NCBI GenBank assembly: GCA_023150835.1
Contig: JAKLKB010000092.1
Location: forward strand, 1-36,160
Length of the DNA: 36,160 bases
From: Myxococcota bacterium
Lineage (GTDB): Bacteria; Myxococcota_C; UBA6777
Reading direction: 5' to 3'
A program made the translations under genes and the position numbers. The notes under the pieces were generated by a model. The model was not told the DNA's origin. It saw only the letters and a program-made list of their open reading frames with translations, and did no database searches. Of the stretch, positions 8,658 through 17,651 are shown piece by piece. Position 1 is the stretch's first letter; each line of letters opens with the position of its first letter.

Positions 8658-9950
8658 TCACAAGCAGATCCCAAATCCCCCGAAGACTCGGCACGTTTTG
8701 CGCCCTTGGCATTGAGAACATTCTGCATCCGTCATGCAAGAGTTCGGACACTGCGAAGGACTCCCGCCTTGTTTGCACTGAAAAGTATCGCAAGTGTACC
8801 CTTGGCCGCAGGGACCGCAGTCTGCGTTGCTCATGCAAAATCCCGGACACGTCGTCGTTCCCCCTTGTTTGCAAGTGTTCTGTTGGCAGCGAAAACCCTG
8901 CCCACAAGGATTGCACTGAAAGTCGACAAAGCATTGTGCCGGACATTGCGTCGTTGCGCCTTGCTTGCATTGGAAGTTGTCGCAAACAAAGCCTTGACCG
9001 CAGGGACCGCACTCTGTGTTGTTTGTGCAAAAAGACGGACAGGCGGGAGGTTGCGTCGATGGCTTACAGGCTCCGCTTTGGCAGGTGTAGTTTTGGCCAC
9101 ATCCGCTGCACTGGATATCCACGAAACATTGCGTTGGACATTGCGGCGCGGTGCCTTGTTTGCATTGGAACTGTTGGCAAGTGTAGCCTTGGCCGCAAGG
9201 CTGGCATTGGGTGTCCGAAGCACAAAAGTTCGGACAAGTCGGGCCGGATTGTTGTGCGCATGTTCCATTTTGGCAGGTGTAGTTTTGCCCGCAGCCGTTG
9301 CACTGCACGTCCACCACACACCCACCCGGGCAGTTCGCAGGACTCGCGACTTTGCACGAACCTGTTTGGCAGGTGTAGTTTTTCCCGCAGGGAAGGCATT
9401 GATCATTTGCAAAACAAAATCCGGGACATTGGTTTCCTTGTTTGGCGCACTGGCCGCCTTGGCACTGATACCCGACGCCACACACAAAACACTCCGCATC
9501 GGTTTGACAGCTTGCCCGACAGGTCGGAACATCGGGAGCCGTCTCCGTCGATGGGGATTCGGTCGGGACTTCGGGCCTTTGTGACTCGGCCACCGCCTCC
9601 GCACCGCTCTCCGCACCGCCATCAGCAACGGCTTCAAGACTGGCCTCTGCGCTCACTTCTGCCGAAGGTTCCGCAACTTCCGCGACCGCTTCTGCGCCCA
9701 CTTCCGAGCCGCTCTGTTCTTGTGCTGCTTCTTGTCCGACTTCTTGCGCGATCCCCTCGCTGTTGCTGCCTCCCTCCACACTGCGCGCCACACAAACCCC
9801 CCCTTCACACCGCGCTTGATCGACACATTGCGCATCTGTCTGACATTGCGCCCCGACCGGCGCACGCCCACCATCACAACGCAACATCACCAAACCCACA
9901 CACATCAAACCAAACCATATATCCCATCGCACTCGACCCAAACGCTGCAT
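8658..9950 (-). CDS. Exported Cys-rich repeat protein (probable lipoprotein)
   Basis: GGAGAGG RBS before MQRLGR, a hydrophobic signal ending MLRC, a 4-Cys module, a Glu/Ala/Ser-rich linker and nine 6-Cys repeats (CP..C.....C..C.....C....C). Confidence 0.85.
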   Translation of the reverse strand: MQRLGRVRWDIWFGLMCVGLVMLRCDGGRAPVGAQCQTDAQCVDQARCEGGVCVARSVEGGSNSEGIAQEVGQEAAQEQSGSEVGAEAVAEVAEPSAEVSAEASLEAVADGGAESGAEAVAESQRPEVPTESPSTETAPDVPTCRASCQTDAECFVCGVGYQCQGGQCAKQGNQCPGFCFANDQCLPCGKNYTCQTGSCKVASPANCPGGCVVDVQCNGCGQNYTCQNGTCAQQSGPTCPNFCASDTQCQPCGQGYTCQQFQCKQGTAPQCPTQCFVDIQCSGCGQNYTCQSGACKPSTQPPACPSFCTNNTECGPCGQGFVCDNFQCKQGATTQCPAQCFVDFQCNPCGQGFRCQQNTCKQGGTTTCPGFCMSNADCGPCGQGYTCDTFQCKQGGSPSQCPNSCMTDAECSQCQGRKTCRVFGGFGICL

Positions 9951-10245
9951 CTGTTTTTCCTCTCCACTCAAATTGTCCGATTCTTCGGACTTTTCGCAAA
10001 ACCTTCACCCAAGACCTCGATCGCAAGCAACCCACAACCTCGTCCACAAGAAACCACAGATTCTTTGCGCGAGGGCTTGCGCCCCATCAGCCACCTACAC
10101 ACTATCCATGCCTTGGCCCTTGATATCCCATCGCGAGTATCTATACAACAGAGAACACAAAAGACCAAGCCCACACGCGCTTTCGGTCGTCCTGCGTATC
10201 CACAGGCTTTCTCGAATACAAGAGGCCCCTTCGCAAGAGGTTGTC

Positions 10246-11262
10246 ATGCATACCGTCCTTGTTGCCGATCAAAACACCCAATTCCTCGATCAAACACGCT
10301 TCTTCCTTGAACAACAAGGCTACAGCTTCCTGCAATCCGTCAACGGCGAAGAAGCCAAACTCAAACTCGAACACGACAAAGTCGACTTCTTCCTCGTCAA
10401 CCTCGATCTCCCTTTGATCGACGGACCCACCCTTTGCGAATTCGTACGCAAAGAACTCAACCGCCCTTGTGCCACCGCACTCATGGTCTCCCAAGGCCAC
10501 CCCATGCCCAGCCAAAGCCGTCGAAACGCCGCTGACAGCCTGATTATTCGCCCTCTCCAACCACGTATGCTCGTCACCTTTATCCAAAACCTCGAAACCA
10601 TCCGCCGCCTGACCATCCAAAATATCGAACTCAAACGCCGCCTCCAAGACCCCAACGCCGCCCTACAAACGGCTCCTGCACCCGCTCCTGTCGCTCCGCC
10701 TGCTCCCGCCCCTGCTCCTGTCGCGCCACCCGCTCCTGTCGCGCCACCCGCTCCTGCGCCCGCCCCTGCCGCCGAAGAACCCGACGGCCCCCTCTATCCG
10801 ATGAAATGGTTTCGCAAACTCGCAACCCTCGAAGTCAAACGTGCGATCCGTTTTCATCAACCCCTCTCCCTTTTGTTGATGGCCTACGATTACACCGAAG
10901 AATACTTAAAGGCCCATCCAGAAAATGTCATCGAGATCCTCTCCACCGAACTGGCCTCGGCCTTGCGCAATTCCATCCGCGCCATCGACATCCCCGTCCA
11001 GTTCTCCCGCGATCACCTTCTGATCTTGTTGCCCAACACCGGCATCGAGGGAGCCATACGTGGCGCAACCCGCATCAAAAATACACTCTACGAACATCTC
11101 CGCCAAAGCCCCGCTGCGCCCTACCATCCGCCCACCGTGAGCATCGGGGCCACCACTTCCCCGACCCAAGGCGACTTCAAGTTCACAGACCTCCTGCGCG
11201 ATGCAACCCGCGCTCTGCGCGAAGTCCGACTCCAAGGCGGCGATGGTGTCTTTTACTGTTGA
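10246..11262 (+). CDS. Pseudo-receiver plus degenerate GGDEF domain protein
   Basis: REC-like N-terminus (VLVADQ, FFLVNLDLPLIDG), a Pro/Ala linker and a GGDEF-like C-terminus (LEVKRAIRFHQPLSLL, RAID, SRDHL in place of GGDEF, TVSIG). Confidence 0.85.
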   Translation: MHTVLVADQNTQFLDQTRFFLEQQGYSFLQSVNGEEAKLKLEHDKVDFFLVNLDLPLIDGPTLCEFVRKELNRPCATALMVSQGHPMPSQSRRNAADSLIIRPLQPRMLVTFIQNLETIRRLTIQNIELKRRLQDPNAALQTAPAPAPVAPPAPAPAPVAPPAPVAPPAPAPAPAAEEPDGPLYPMKWFRKLATLEVKRAIRFHQPLSLLLMAYDYTEEYLKAHPENVIEILSTELASALRNSIRAIDIPVQFSRDHLLILLPNTGIEGAIRGATRIKNTLYEHLRQSPAAPYHPPTVSIGATTSPTQGDFKFTDLLRDATRALREVRLQGGDGVFYC

Positions 11263-11283
11263 TCCCCCTCGCTGCCCTGTTCA

Positions 11284-11395
11284 CCCGATACACACAAGCC
11301 CCTGCAACATCGCAGGCAACGGGTAGGGCTGCCACTGGGCGCTGCCCTACATCTTTTCGCCCGACACACAAAACCCCCGCAACATCGCAGGCAAC
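11284..11395. repeat. GTAG...CTAC hairpin (family A) flanked by ~37-bp imperfect direct repeats
   Basis: Hairpin GTAGGGC..GCCCTAC at 11323-11350. The flanks at 11284-11320 and 11360-11395 share CACACA..CCC.GCAACATCGCAGGCAAC. Confidence 0.75.
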
Positions 11396-11456
11396 CCCGC
11401 CCCAAACGCTTCGGTCGAAGGTGGGATGTCCGCCCAAAAAAGGATCGAAAGCTCTC

Positions 11457-13058
11457 ATGTCATCAAAAACCCAACACGCTCAACCTCTGCCTCGGGAGAT
11501 CGGCGGCGGTCAGTACCGCTTGTTGCGTGAACTCGGTTCTGGCGGGATGGGAACCATCTATTACGGCATCCACCTGATGACGGAACAGCCTGTCGCCATC
11601 AAGATGCTCCACCCCCAGTACTTCAAAGACGCCGAGATCCGCACGCGCTTTTTAAGCGAAGCCCGTACAATGGCCGCTCTCGAACACCAAAACATCGTTC
11701 AATGGAAAAACTCCATCGAAGAACAAGGCGCGCTCTACCTTGTGATGCAATACATCGAAGGCGAAAACGCCGAAGATCGCCTCAAACGCTCTGGACCCAT
11801 GACCCCCGAAGACGCCATCCCCATCTCCTTACAAGTCCTCGCAGGTCTCCATTACGTCCACAGCAAGGGCGTGATCCATCGTGATCTCAAGCCTTCCAAC
11901 ATCCTCATCAACAAAGAAGGCGTCGTCAAACTCGCCGACTTCGGCATCGCCAAGATGATGGGCACCAACAGCCAAACCCAAGCTGGCATGGCCATCGGCA
12001 CCTTTCTCTATATGTCCCCCGAACAGATCCTCGCCAAAGACATCGATCCTCGCAGCGATATCTATTCTTTTGGCATCACCCTCTTTGAACTCCTCACAGG
12101 ACAACCCCCCTTCTCCGGCGAAACCCACTACGACGTCTGCAAAAAACACCTCGAAGAACACCTCCCTTCCGTCAAAAAACTCAACCCCAAGATCCCCAAA
12201 GAACTTGAACTCATCCTCAAAAAAGCCACCCAAAAAGACCCCAACCAACGCTATCCCAACGTCAAAGAATTCTCCGAAGACCTCTACCAAGCCTTCCCCC
12301 AATTCGCCGAAAAAGCCACCCGCCTCTCGGGCCTACTCCCTGCTCTACACGGCACCATCCCCGCCTACCCTGCCCCCAAACCAAGCTTCTTGCGCCGATT
12401 TGTCTGGCTCTCGCTGCTCGCTGGCATCGTCGCTGGCGTCGGATACGCCTACTTTAGCGAAAGCCTCTTCCTCCCCGAAACATCAACCCGACAGTGGCTG
12501 CCTCTTCCCTTCACCGAAACCTTTCGCCGCGATGTCGGCCTTTGGCCCACAGGCGGTCGTTTTGGCGCACAGATATCTTTGCGCGATGGACGCTACACCG
12601 TCCTCACCCGCAACGGCATCGCCATGACCACCGCTTGCCCAAGCACCCTTGTTCCCCTCCAACAACACGGTCACGTCGAGATCACCACACACGTCGACCA
12701 AGCCGACCCGCGTGGCCGTGCAATCCATGGTATCGCTCTGTTCTTTGACACCGAACAAAACAAAAGTCGCGGATACTACGCCGCCATCGATCCCAACAAC
12801 CAGCGCATCGCACTCTACCGCATCCAACACGGCAACAAACATCCCCTCCTCCCTTGGCAACAACACACCGCCCTCCTTCCCAAACAACCCAATACCCTCA
12901 GCCTCCAAGCCTCACAAGGCAAACTCACGCTCTCCATCAATCAACACGCCCTTCCCTCCGTCCAAGACAACACCTTCCAGACAGGACGCGCTTGTGTCTT
13001 CGTCCAACAAGGCAGAGCCTCCGTCTCTTTTACTCGGTTCACCGCCTCTCTCCCCTAA
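11457..13058 (+). CDS. Hanks-type Ser/Thr protein kinase with TM helix and C-terminal beta-sandwich (ConA/DUF1080-like) domain
   Basis: GSGGMG, VAIK, HRDLKPSN, DFG, YMSPEQ and SDIYS motifs, a TM segment FVWLSLLAGIVAGVGYAYF and a beta-rich C-terminus. Confidence 0.92.
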   Translation: MSSKTQHAQPLPREIGGGQYRLLRELGSGGMGTIYYGIHLMTEQPVAIKMLHPQYFKDAEIRTRFLSEARTMAALEHQNIVQWKNSIEEQGALYLVMQYIEGENAEDRLKRSGPMTPEDAIPISLQVLAGLHYVHSKGVIHRDLKPSNILINKEGVVKLADFGIAKMMGTNSQTQAGMAIGTFLYMSPEQILAKDIDPRSDIYSFGITLFELLTGQPPFSGETHYDVCKKHLEEHLPSVKKLNPKIPKELELILKKATQKDPNQRYPNVKEFSEDLYQAFPQFAEKATRLSGLLPALHGTIPAYPAPKPSFLRRFVWLSLLAGIVAGVGYAYFSESLFLPETSTRQWLPLPFTETFRRDVGLWPTGGRFGAQISLRDGRYTVLTRNGIAMTTACPSTLVPLQQHGHVEITTHVDQADPRGRAIHGIALFFDTEQNKSRGYYAAIDPNNQRIALYRIQHGNKHPLLPWQQHTALLPKQPNTLSLQASQGKLTLSINQHALPSVQDNTFQTGRACVFVQQGRASVSFTRFTASLP

Positions 13059-13130
13059 CCCCCACCACAAAACAACCTTCCCCCTAACCCCCACCACAAA
13101 ACAACCTTCCCCCTAACCCCCACCACAAAA
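13052..13130. repeat. 29-bp tandem repeat x~2.7 overlapping the kinase stop codon
   Basis: CCCCTAACCCCCACCACAAAACAACCTTC at 13052, 13081 and a partial copy at 13110. Confidence 0.9.
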
Positions 13131-13262
13131 GAAACTGAGACACACCCTTCTCTCCGTTAGGTCTTTGAGGTAACGTGCGGCTGTTCTTTGCGTACACGCA
13201 AACCAACACCACAAAACACCCAACACAACACCACGAGACCCCCCCAAAAAAGGAGAAAACCA

Positions 13263-14948
13263 ATGCGTGTGTGGCTCAAACGATTCGGATGGCCGCTGGC
13301 CCTCTGCACAGCGTTTTTGTACATCAGCCTCGCTTACCAAACGTCCTGCACTCCCGAGTCGGTCGGCACAACTTGCAAACAAGACTCCGACTGCACCTCT
13401 CCCCAAGTCTGCTTGCTTGGCACCTGTCAAGCCCGTCCCGACGGCGGTAGCGGCACCGAAACCTCCAACACCGAAACCCCAAATACCGAAACCTCCCAAG
13501 AGATCAACCCTTCCGAACCTGCCGCCGAAACCTCCCAAGAGATCAACCCTTCCGAACCTGCCGCCGAAACCTCCCAAGAGATCGACCCTTCCGAACCTGC
13601 CGCCGAAACTTCCCAAGAGATCGACCCTTCCGAACCTACCCAAGAACCCGCTCCCACCGAAACCTCCACCGAGACCACCCCCTCCGAAGTCGTCCCTGAG
13701 GCCGGAACAGAAACCACCCCCGAACCTACCCCCGAAACCACACCCGAAACCACACCGACTTGCCCCCAAACATGCACAACCAACGCGCAATGCAACCTCA
13801 ACGCTTGCGGAAGCAACCGTTACTGCATCGGAGGCCGTTGCGCCGCCCAAGTCTGCCCCGCCACTTGCGTACTCAACGAGCAATGCAACGTCGCTGCCTG
13901 TGGAACCCGTACCTACTGCAACAACAACACTTGCCAAGCTCCACCCACTCAATGCCCCCAACGTTGCGGCGATACCAACGATTGCAATATCGCCGCCTGT
14001 GGAACCCGTACCCTCTGCCAAAACGGCACTTGCCAAAACCCGCCCGCGCAATGCCCCATCTTGTGCGGAAACGACGACCGTTGCGACTTGATCCCCTCTT
14101 GCACAACACGCACCTATTGTAGCCCACAGCGCCAATGCACCACCGAACCCGCACAATGCCCCGGAAACTGCATCGCCAGCGTCAACTGCCTCGCCAAAGC
14201 CTGCGGTACCCGTACTTCATGCGTCAACGGCCAATGTATCGACCGCTCCACCCAATGCCCGAGCGACGGAAATTGCCGGAGCAACGCCGATTGCGCAGTC
14301 AGCGGATGCGGAACGCGTACCCAATGCGTCAACAACGACTGTCGTACTCCCCAATGCCCCAACACCTGCACCAGCGACGCCAACTGCCCCGCCAATGCTT
14401 GTGGAACCCGCACAAAATGCACCAACGGCACTTGCCAAACTCCACCGCCCCCCTGCACCCGCGACCGTGAATGCCCACAAGGCTTCATCTGTGAAAACAG
14501 TCTCTGCACCGCAGGTTGCCGTGGAAACTCCGACTGCCCCACCAACGCCCCGATCTGCTATAAAAACCCATCCACCGCTGCCATCGGCGTTTGCAGTCCC
14601 CAATGCCCCACCCGCTGCACCAGCAACGCCAACTGTGCAGCCCCTGCTTGCGCCAAAAACACCGTCTGCGGTCCCAACGGCACCTGTCAACCCCCGCCCT
14701 CTTGCGCACGCGACCGCGACTGCCAAGTCGGTTTCATCTGCGAAAACAGCGTCTGCACCGCAGGATGCCGCAGCGTTGCAGATTGCGGAACCAACCAAAC
14801 CTGCACCATCCCAAGCGGTTCCACTGTCGGCCAATGCACCAATACCACCCCCCCCCAATGCCCCACCCGCTGCGCAAACGACGCCGAATGCAACATCCCC
14901 GCCTGCGGTAATCGCAACAACTGCCGCGCTGGTTTCTGTTCCTTCTAA
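13263..14948 (+). CDS. Exported Cys-rich repeat protein (probable lipoprotein)
   Basis: AGGAG RBS, a signal ending YQTSC, a 4-Cys module, a Glu/Thr/Pro linker with 39-bp repeats (ETSQEINPSEPAA x4), nine 6-Cys repeats and two 8-Cys modules. Confidence 0.88.
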   Translation: MRVWLKRFGWPLALCTAFLYISLAYQTSCTPESVGTTCKQDSDCTSPQVCLLGTCQARPDGGSGTETSNTETPNTETSQEINPSEPAAETSQEINPSEPAAETSQEIDPSEPAAETSQEIDPSEPTQEPAPTETSTETTPSEVVPEAGTETTPEPTPETTPETTPTCPQTCTTNAQCNLNACGSNRYCIGGRCAAQVCPATCVLNEQCNVAACGTRTYCNNNTCQAPPTQCPQRCGDTNDCNIAACGTRTLCQNGTCQNPPAQCPILCGNDDRCDLIPSCTTRTYCSPQRQCTTEPAQCPGNCIASVNCLAKACGTRTSCVNGQCIDRSTQCPSDGNCRSNADCAVSGCGTRTQCVNNDCRTPQCPNTCTSDANCPANACGTRTKCTNGTCQTPPPPCTRDRECPQGFICENSLCTAGCRGNSDCPTNAPICYKNPSTAAIGVCSPQCPTRCTSNANCAAPACAKNTVCGPNGTCQPPPSCARDRDCQVGFICENSVCTAGCRSVADCGTNQTCTIPSGSTVGQCTNTTPPQCPTRCANDAECNIPACGNRNNCRAGFCSF

Positions 14949-15003
14949 GCTTCCTGCCTTCTGAGCTTCCGACCCGCCTTGCATTCGAGAGGTCGAGGAA
15001 AAT

Positions 15004-16557
15004 TTAACGACCTTTTTTCAATAGTTCTGCCAGCGTCCCGAAGCCGCGCTTGTCTTGATCGGCCATCTGCTTCTTGTATTCGCGGGTTTGAGCGCGTTCT
15101 TCGGCAGCTTCGACGGCTTTACGGCTCAAGCGCAAGCGATTGTTGGCTTTGTCGTTTTGGATCAAGGCCGCTTGAAACGCTGTTCCTGCGGGAAACATCT
15201 TGGCGTGATCTGCACCGCGAGGCGTCCCCATCTCCACGTTCGGGATCAAGCCCTTTTGTCCACCCGGCAACAGCACAAAAACGCCGAAGGGTTCGATCTT
15301 TTCAACCGTCACCTCAAAGATATCCCCTTCACGCAAACCGTCGTTGGATGGACGTGGCTTTGCGGGGGCTTCTTCGACTTCGGCATGGGGGGTTTCTTCC
15401 AAAGCGCGGATGCTCAGACCGATCCGCTTGCGCGCAGGATCAAGCTGGATCACTTTCACCGTGTGGCGATCTCCCACCGTCAACGCTTCGCGTGGATGAC
15501 CGATCCGCTTGAGCGAGATCTCCGAGATATGCACCAAACCTTCGACGCCCGGCACAAGCTCCATAAACGCACCAAACGGCTCCATCCGCATCACGGTCGC
15601 TTCACGCACAGCGCCCTCTTGAAGATCCTGCAAGATCATCTCCCATGGATCGCTTTCAAGCGCCTTGATCGACAGCGAGATCCGATTGTTTTGCGGCTGG
15701 ATCCCGATCACTTTGACCCGCACGCTTTGGCCTTTTTGCAACGCTTCGGATGCCTTCGCGATCCGAGAATGCGAGATCTCCGAAACATGCACCAAACCTT
15801 CGAGACCACCGAGATCCACAAAAGCCCCATAATCGGTCAGCGACGTCACTTTTCCATCCAAAACAACCCCTTCGCTGATCTGCTCGCGCATCGCTTTGGC
15901 CTTCTTCGCGGCCTCTTCTTCCAACAGCTCTTTGCGCGACACCACGATCTTGCGGCCCCCTTCTTTCACTTCGGTGATCCGTACCGTCAGCGTCGTTCCC
16001 ACGTACTGATCGGGGTTTTCGCAAAAGCGCAACTCGATCTGGGACACAGGGCAAAAAGCTCGCTTTCCAAACACTTCGACCTCAAGGCCCCCCTTGTTGC
16101 GCGAGATCACCTTGGCTTCCACAGGGATGCGGCTCTCATGGGCTTCTTCGATCGCCGCCATCACATCTTCTCCTGCCTGCATCTGCAAGCCCAACTCAAG
16201 CTGATCGCCCGAAGAGACCGTCACATACGCACGCACACGCTCTCCCACCGTTGGAACGGGCTTTCCTGCATGCACAAACGCTTCTTTGCTCATCGATGCC
16301 TCGCTCTTTCCGCCCAGCGCAACAAAGATGTTCTCCCCTCCGACTTTGATCACCTCACCTTCCACTTCTTGACCCACCGCAAAATCCGTTGGGCGCTCCA
16401 CGCGATCGAGATAGGCCTCCATCAAGGCTGCGTCGTCTTCGCTCTCTTGGAAGATATCCGTGGTTGGGATCGCCTGCTTCGTCTCTTTTTCTGCGAGACC
16501 TTGGGCGGCTTCAGGGGTGGTCTTGGTTGCTTGGTTCGTATTCACGGGCGTTTCCAT
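15004..16557 (-). CDS. rpsA: Ribosomal protein S1-like protein (5 S1 domains; probably a secondary paralogue)
   Basis: Repeated S1 motifs YGAFVDLGGLEGLVHVSEIS and FGAFMELVPGVEGLVHISEIS, C-terminal FGTLAELL and a GGAG RBS before METPV. Confidence 0.85.
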   Translation of the reverse strand: METPVNTNQATKTTPEAAQGLAEKETKQAIPTTDIFQESEDDAALMEAYLDRVERPTDFAVGQEVEGEVIKVGGENIFVALGGKSEASMSKEAFVHAGKPVPTVGERVRAYVTVSSGDQLELGLQMQAGEDVMAAIEEAHESRIPVEAKVISRNKGGLEVEVFGKRAFCPVSQIELRFCENPDQYVGTTLTVRITEVKEGGRKIVVSRKELLEEEAAKKAKAMREQISEGVVLDGKVTSLTDYGAFVDLGGLEGLVHVSEISHSRIAKASEALQKGQSVRVKVIGIQPQNNRISLSIKALESDPWEMILQDLQEGAVREATVMRMEPFGAFMELVPGVEGLVHISEISLKRIGHPREALTVGDRHTVKVIQLDPARKRIGLSIRALEETPHAEVEEAPAKPRPSNDGLREGDIFEVTVEKIEPFGVFVLLPGGQKGLIPNVEMGTPRGADHAKMFPAGTAFQAALIQNDKANNRLRLSRKAVEAAEERAQTREYKKQMADQDKRGFGTLAELLKKGR

Positions 16558-16650
16558 TTCTATCGCTCCATCCGAGGCGAGTCGAGGCAAAAAGGCGACA
16601 ATACACCCCAACAAAGCGCTTCCTCTGTTGGGGGTCGTCAACGCTCACGC

Positions 16651-17136
16651 TTACTGCGTAAGGCTAACGGTCGACTCTTCCTTGACAGTTGTGGGATAAC
16701 CTGCATCGCGCCACGCATAAAATCGCGTTAAAGCCTCTTCGCGGCGCTTTGGGTCGTATAAATCAGCAAAATCAATCACACGCGCAAAGGCCGTCATATC
16801 GGCCATGCGGCAAGAAGGGATCGCGATCAACGTATCACAGATCCCCACAGCATCGCGCAGTTCGATCGGCGATATCGGGCTGCAATACAAAAAAATCGGC
16901 AACAAGTGCCTTTGCGCAAAAGGCCACTCTGCGTGTGGCAAAAAAGACGTCGGATCTTGCGACCACAGCGCCTCGTCGAGTTTCGCCTTCTGCCCTTCGT
17001 CTTCGCAACAGATCAACACCCGCCCCCCCGCTCGCACCCGCTCTTGTGCCAACGCACAGATCAGCGGCTCTTTTCTCTCTCGTTGTGTCACTCTATAGAA
17101 GATCACTTCGGGCATATCGGTGTATTCAATACTCAT
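16651..17136 (-). CDS. holC: DNA polymerase III subunit chi
   Basis: VIFY..., GGRVLICCEDE..AKLDEALWSQDPTSFLPHA and R.EA..RFYAWRDAGY. The start is at 17136 or 17115. Confidence 0.85.
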   Translation of the reverse strand: MSIEYTDMPEVIFYRVTQRERKEPLICALAQERVRAGGRVLICCEDEGQKAKLDEALWSQDPTSFLPHAEWPFAQRHLLPIFLYCSPISPIELRDAVGICDTLIAIPSCRMADMTAFARVIDFADLYDPKRREEALTRFYAWRDAGYPTTVKEESTVSLTQ

Positions 17137-17162
17137 AGGACTTAGGCCGTTGGATGGGTTTC

Positions 17163-17210
17163 GTGGGGTTTCACCCCACGCCCCACAAGGGAGCACAGCT
17201 CCCTTGACCC
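17163..17210 (+). repeat. Double-hairpin REP-like element (family B)
   Basis: GTGGGGTTTCACCCCACGCCCCACAAGGGAGCACAGCTCCCTTGACCC, with homologues at 26816 and 34004. Confidence 0.8.
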
Positions 17211-17510
17211 TGTGTTTGGCGAAGAGAGCGCAGGTTTCAAGACAACGACCCTGTCGCTTGGGCGTGTACAAACACGGCTTTTTTTGGCGACTGCGTAAGC
17301 CCTCGGCTCGTTCGGTGTCGCGCAGATGTCAGGGTCGTGCGGTCGGGCTGGTCAGTTTGCGCCTCCCCCATCTCAGGGCCATGCCCCACTACCACAGCCC
17401 GCTTGATCTTGCAAGAGCAGCCTGAAAAAATCCAAGCCTCTCAGCCTACTTTTTTTCTTCCACAACACAAACTCACGGCCCGCCCTTCCACGCAGACCCA
17501 CAAAAACCTC

Positions 17511-17540
17511 TTGACCTTTGCGCGTGTTCGTGGATATCCT
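17511..17540 (+). promoter_or_regulatory. Candidate sigma70 promoter for the PHP gene
   Basis: TTGACC-N18-TATCCT about 110 nt upstream of the TTG start. Confidence 0.3.
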
Positions 17541-17651
17541 CTCGCCTCCATACATCGCAACAGAGGTGACGGTACCCCACCAAGGGCCTATCCCCCCGCA
17601 TCTCCGCGCTGATCCCCTCGCCTCTCTCTCAAAAACAAAGGAACCGACGCT

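Noticed and set aside
10806-11456. N-terminal extension of the kinase ORF
   Set aside because: It overlaps the GGDEF gene in another frame and a REP-like element. The kinase domain starts right after Met at 11457.
13052-13130. CRISPR array (29-bp repeats)
   Set aside because: Head-to-tail tandem repeat with no unique spacers.
15055-16731. 558-aa plus-strand ORF
   Set aside because: Antisense shadow of the S1-domain gene with no recognisable motifs.
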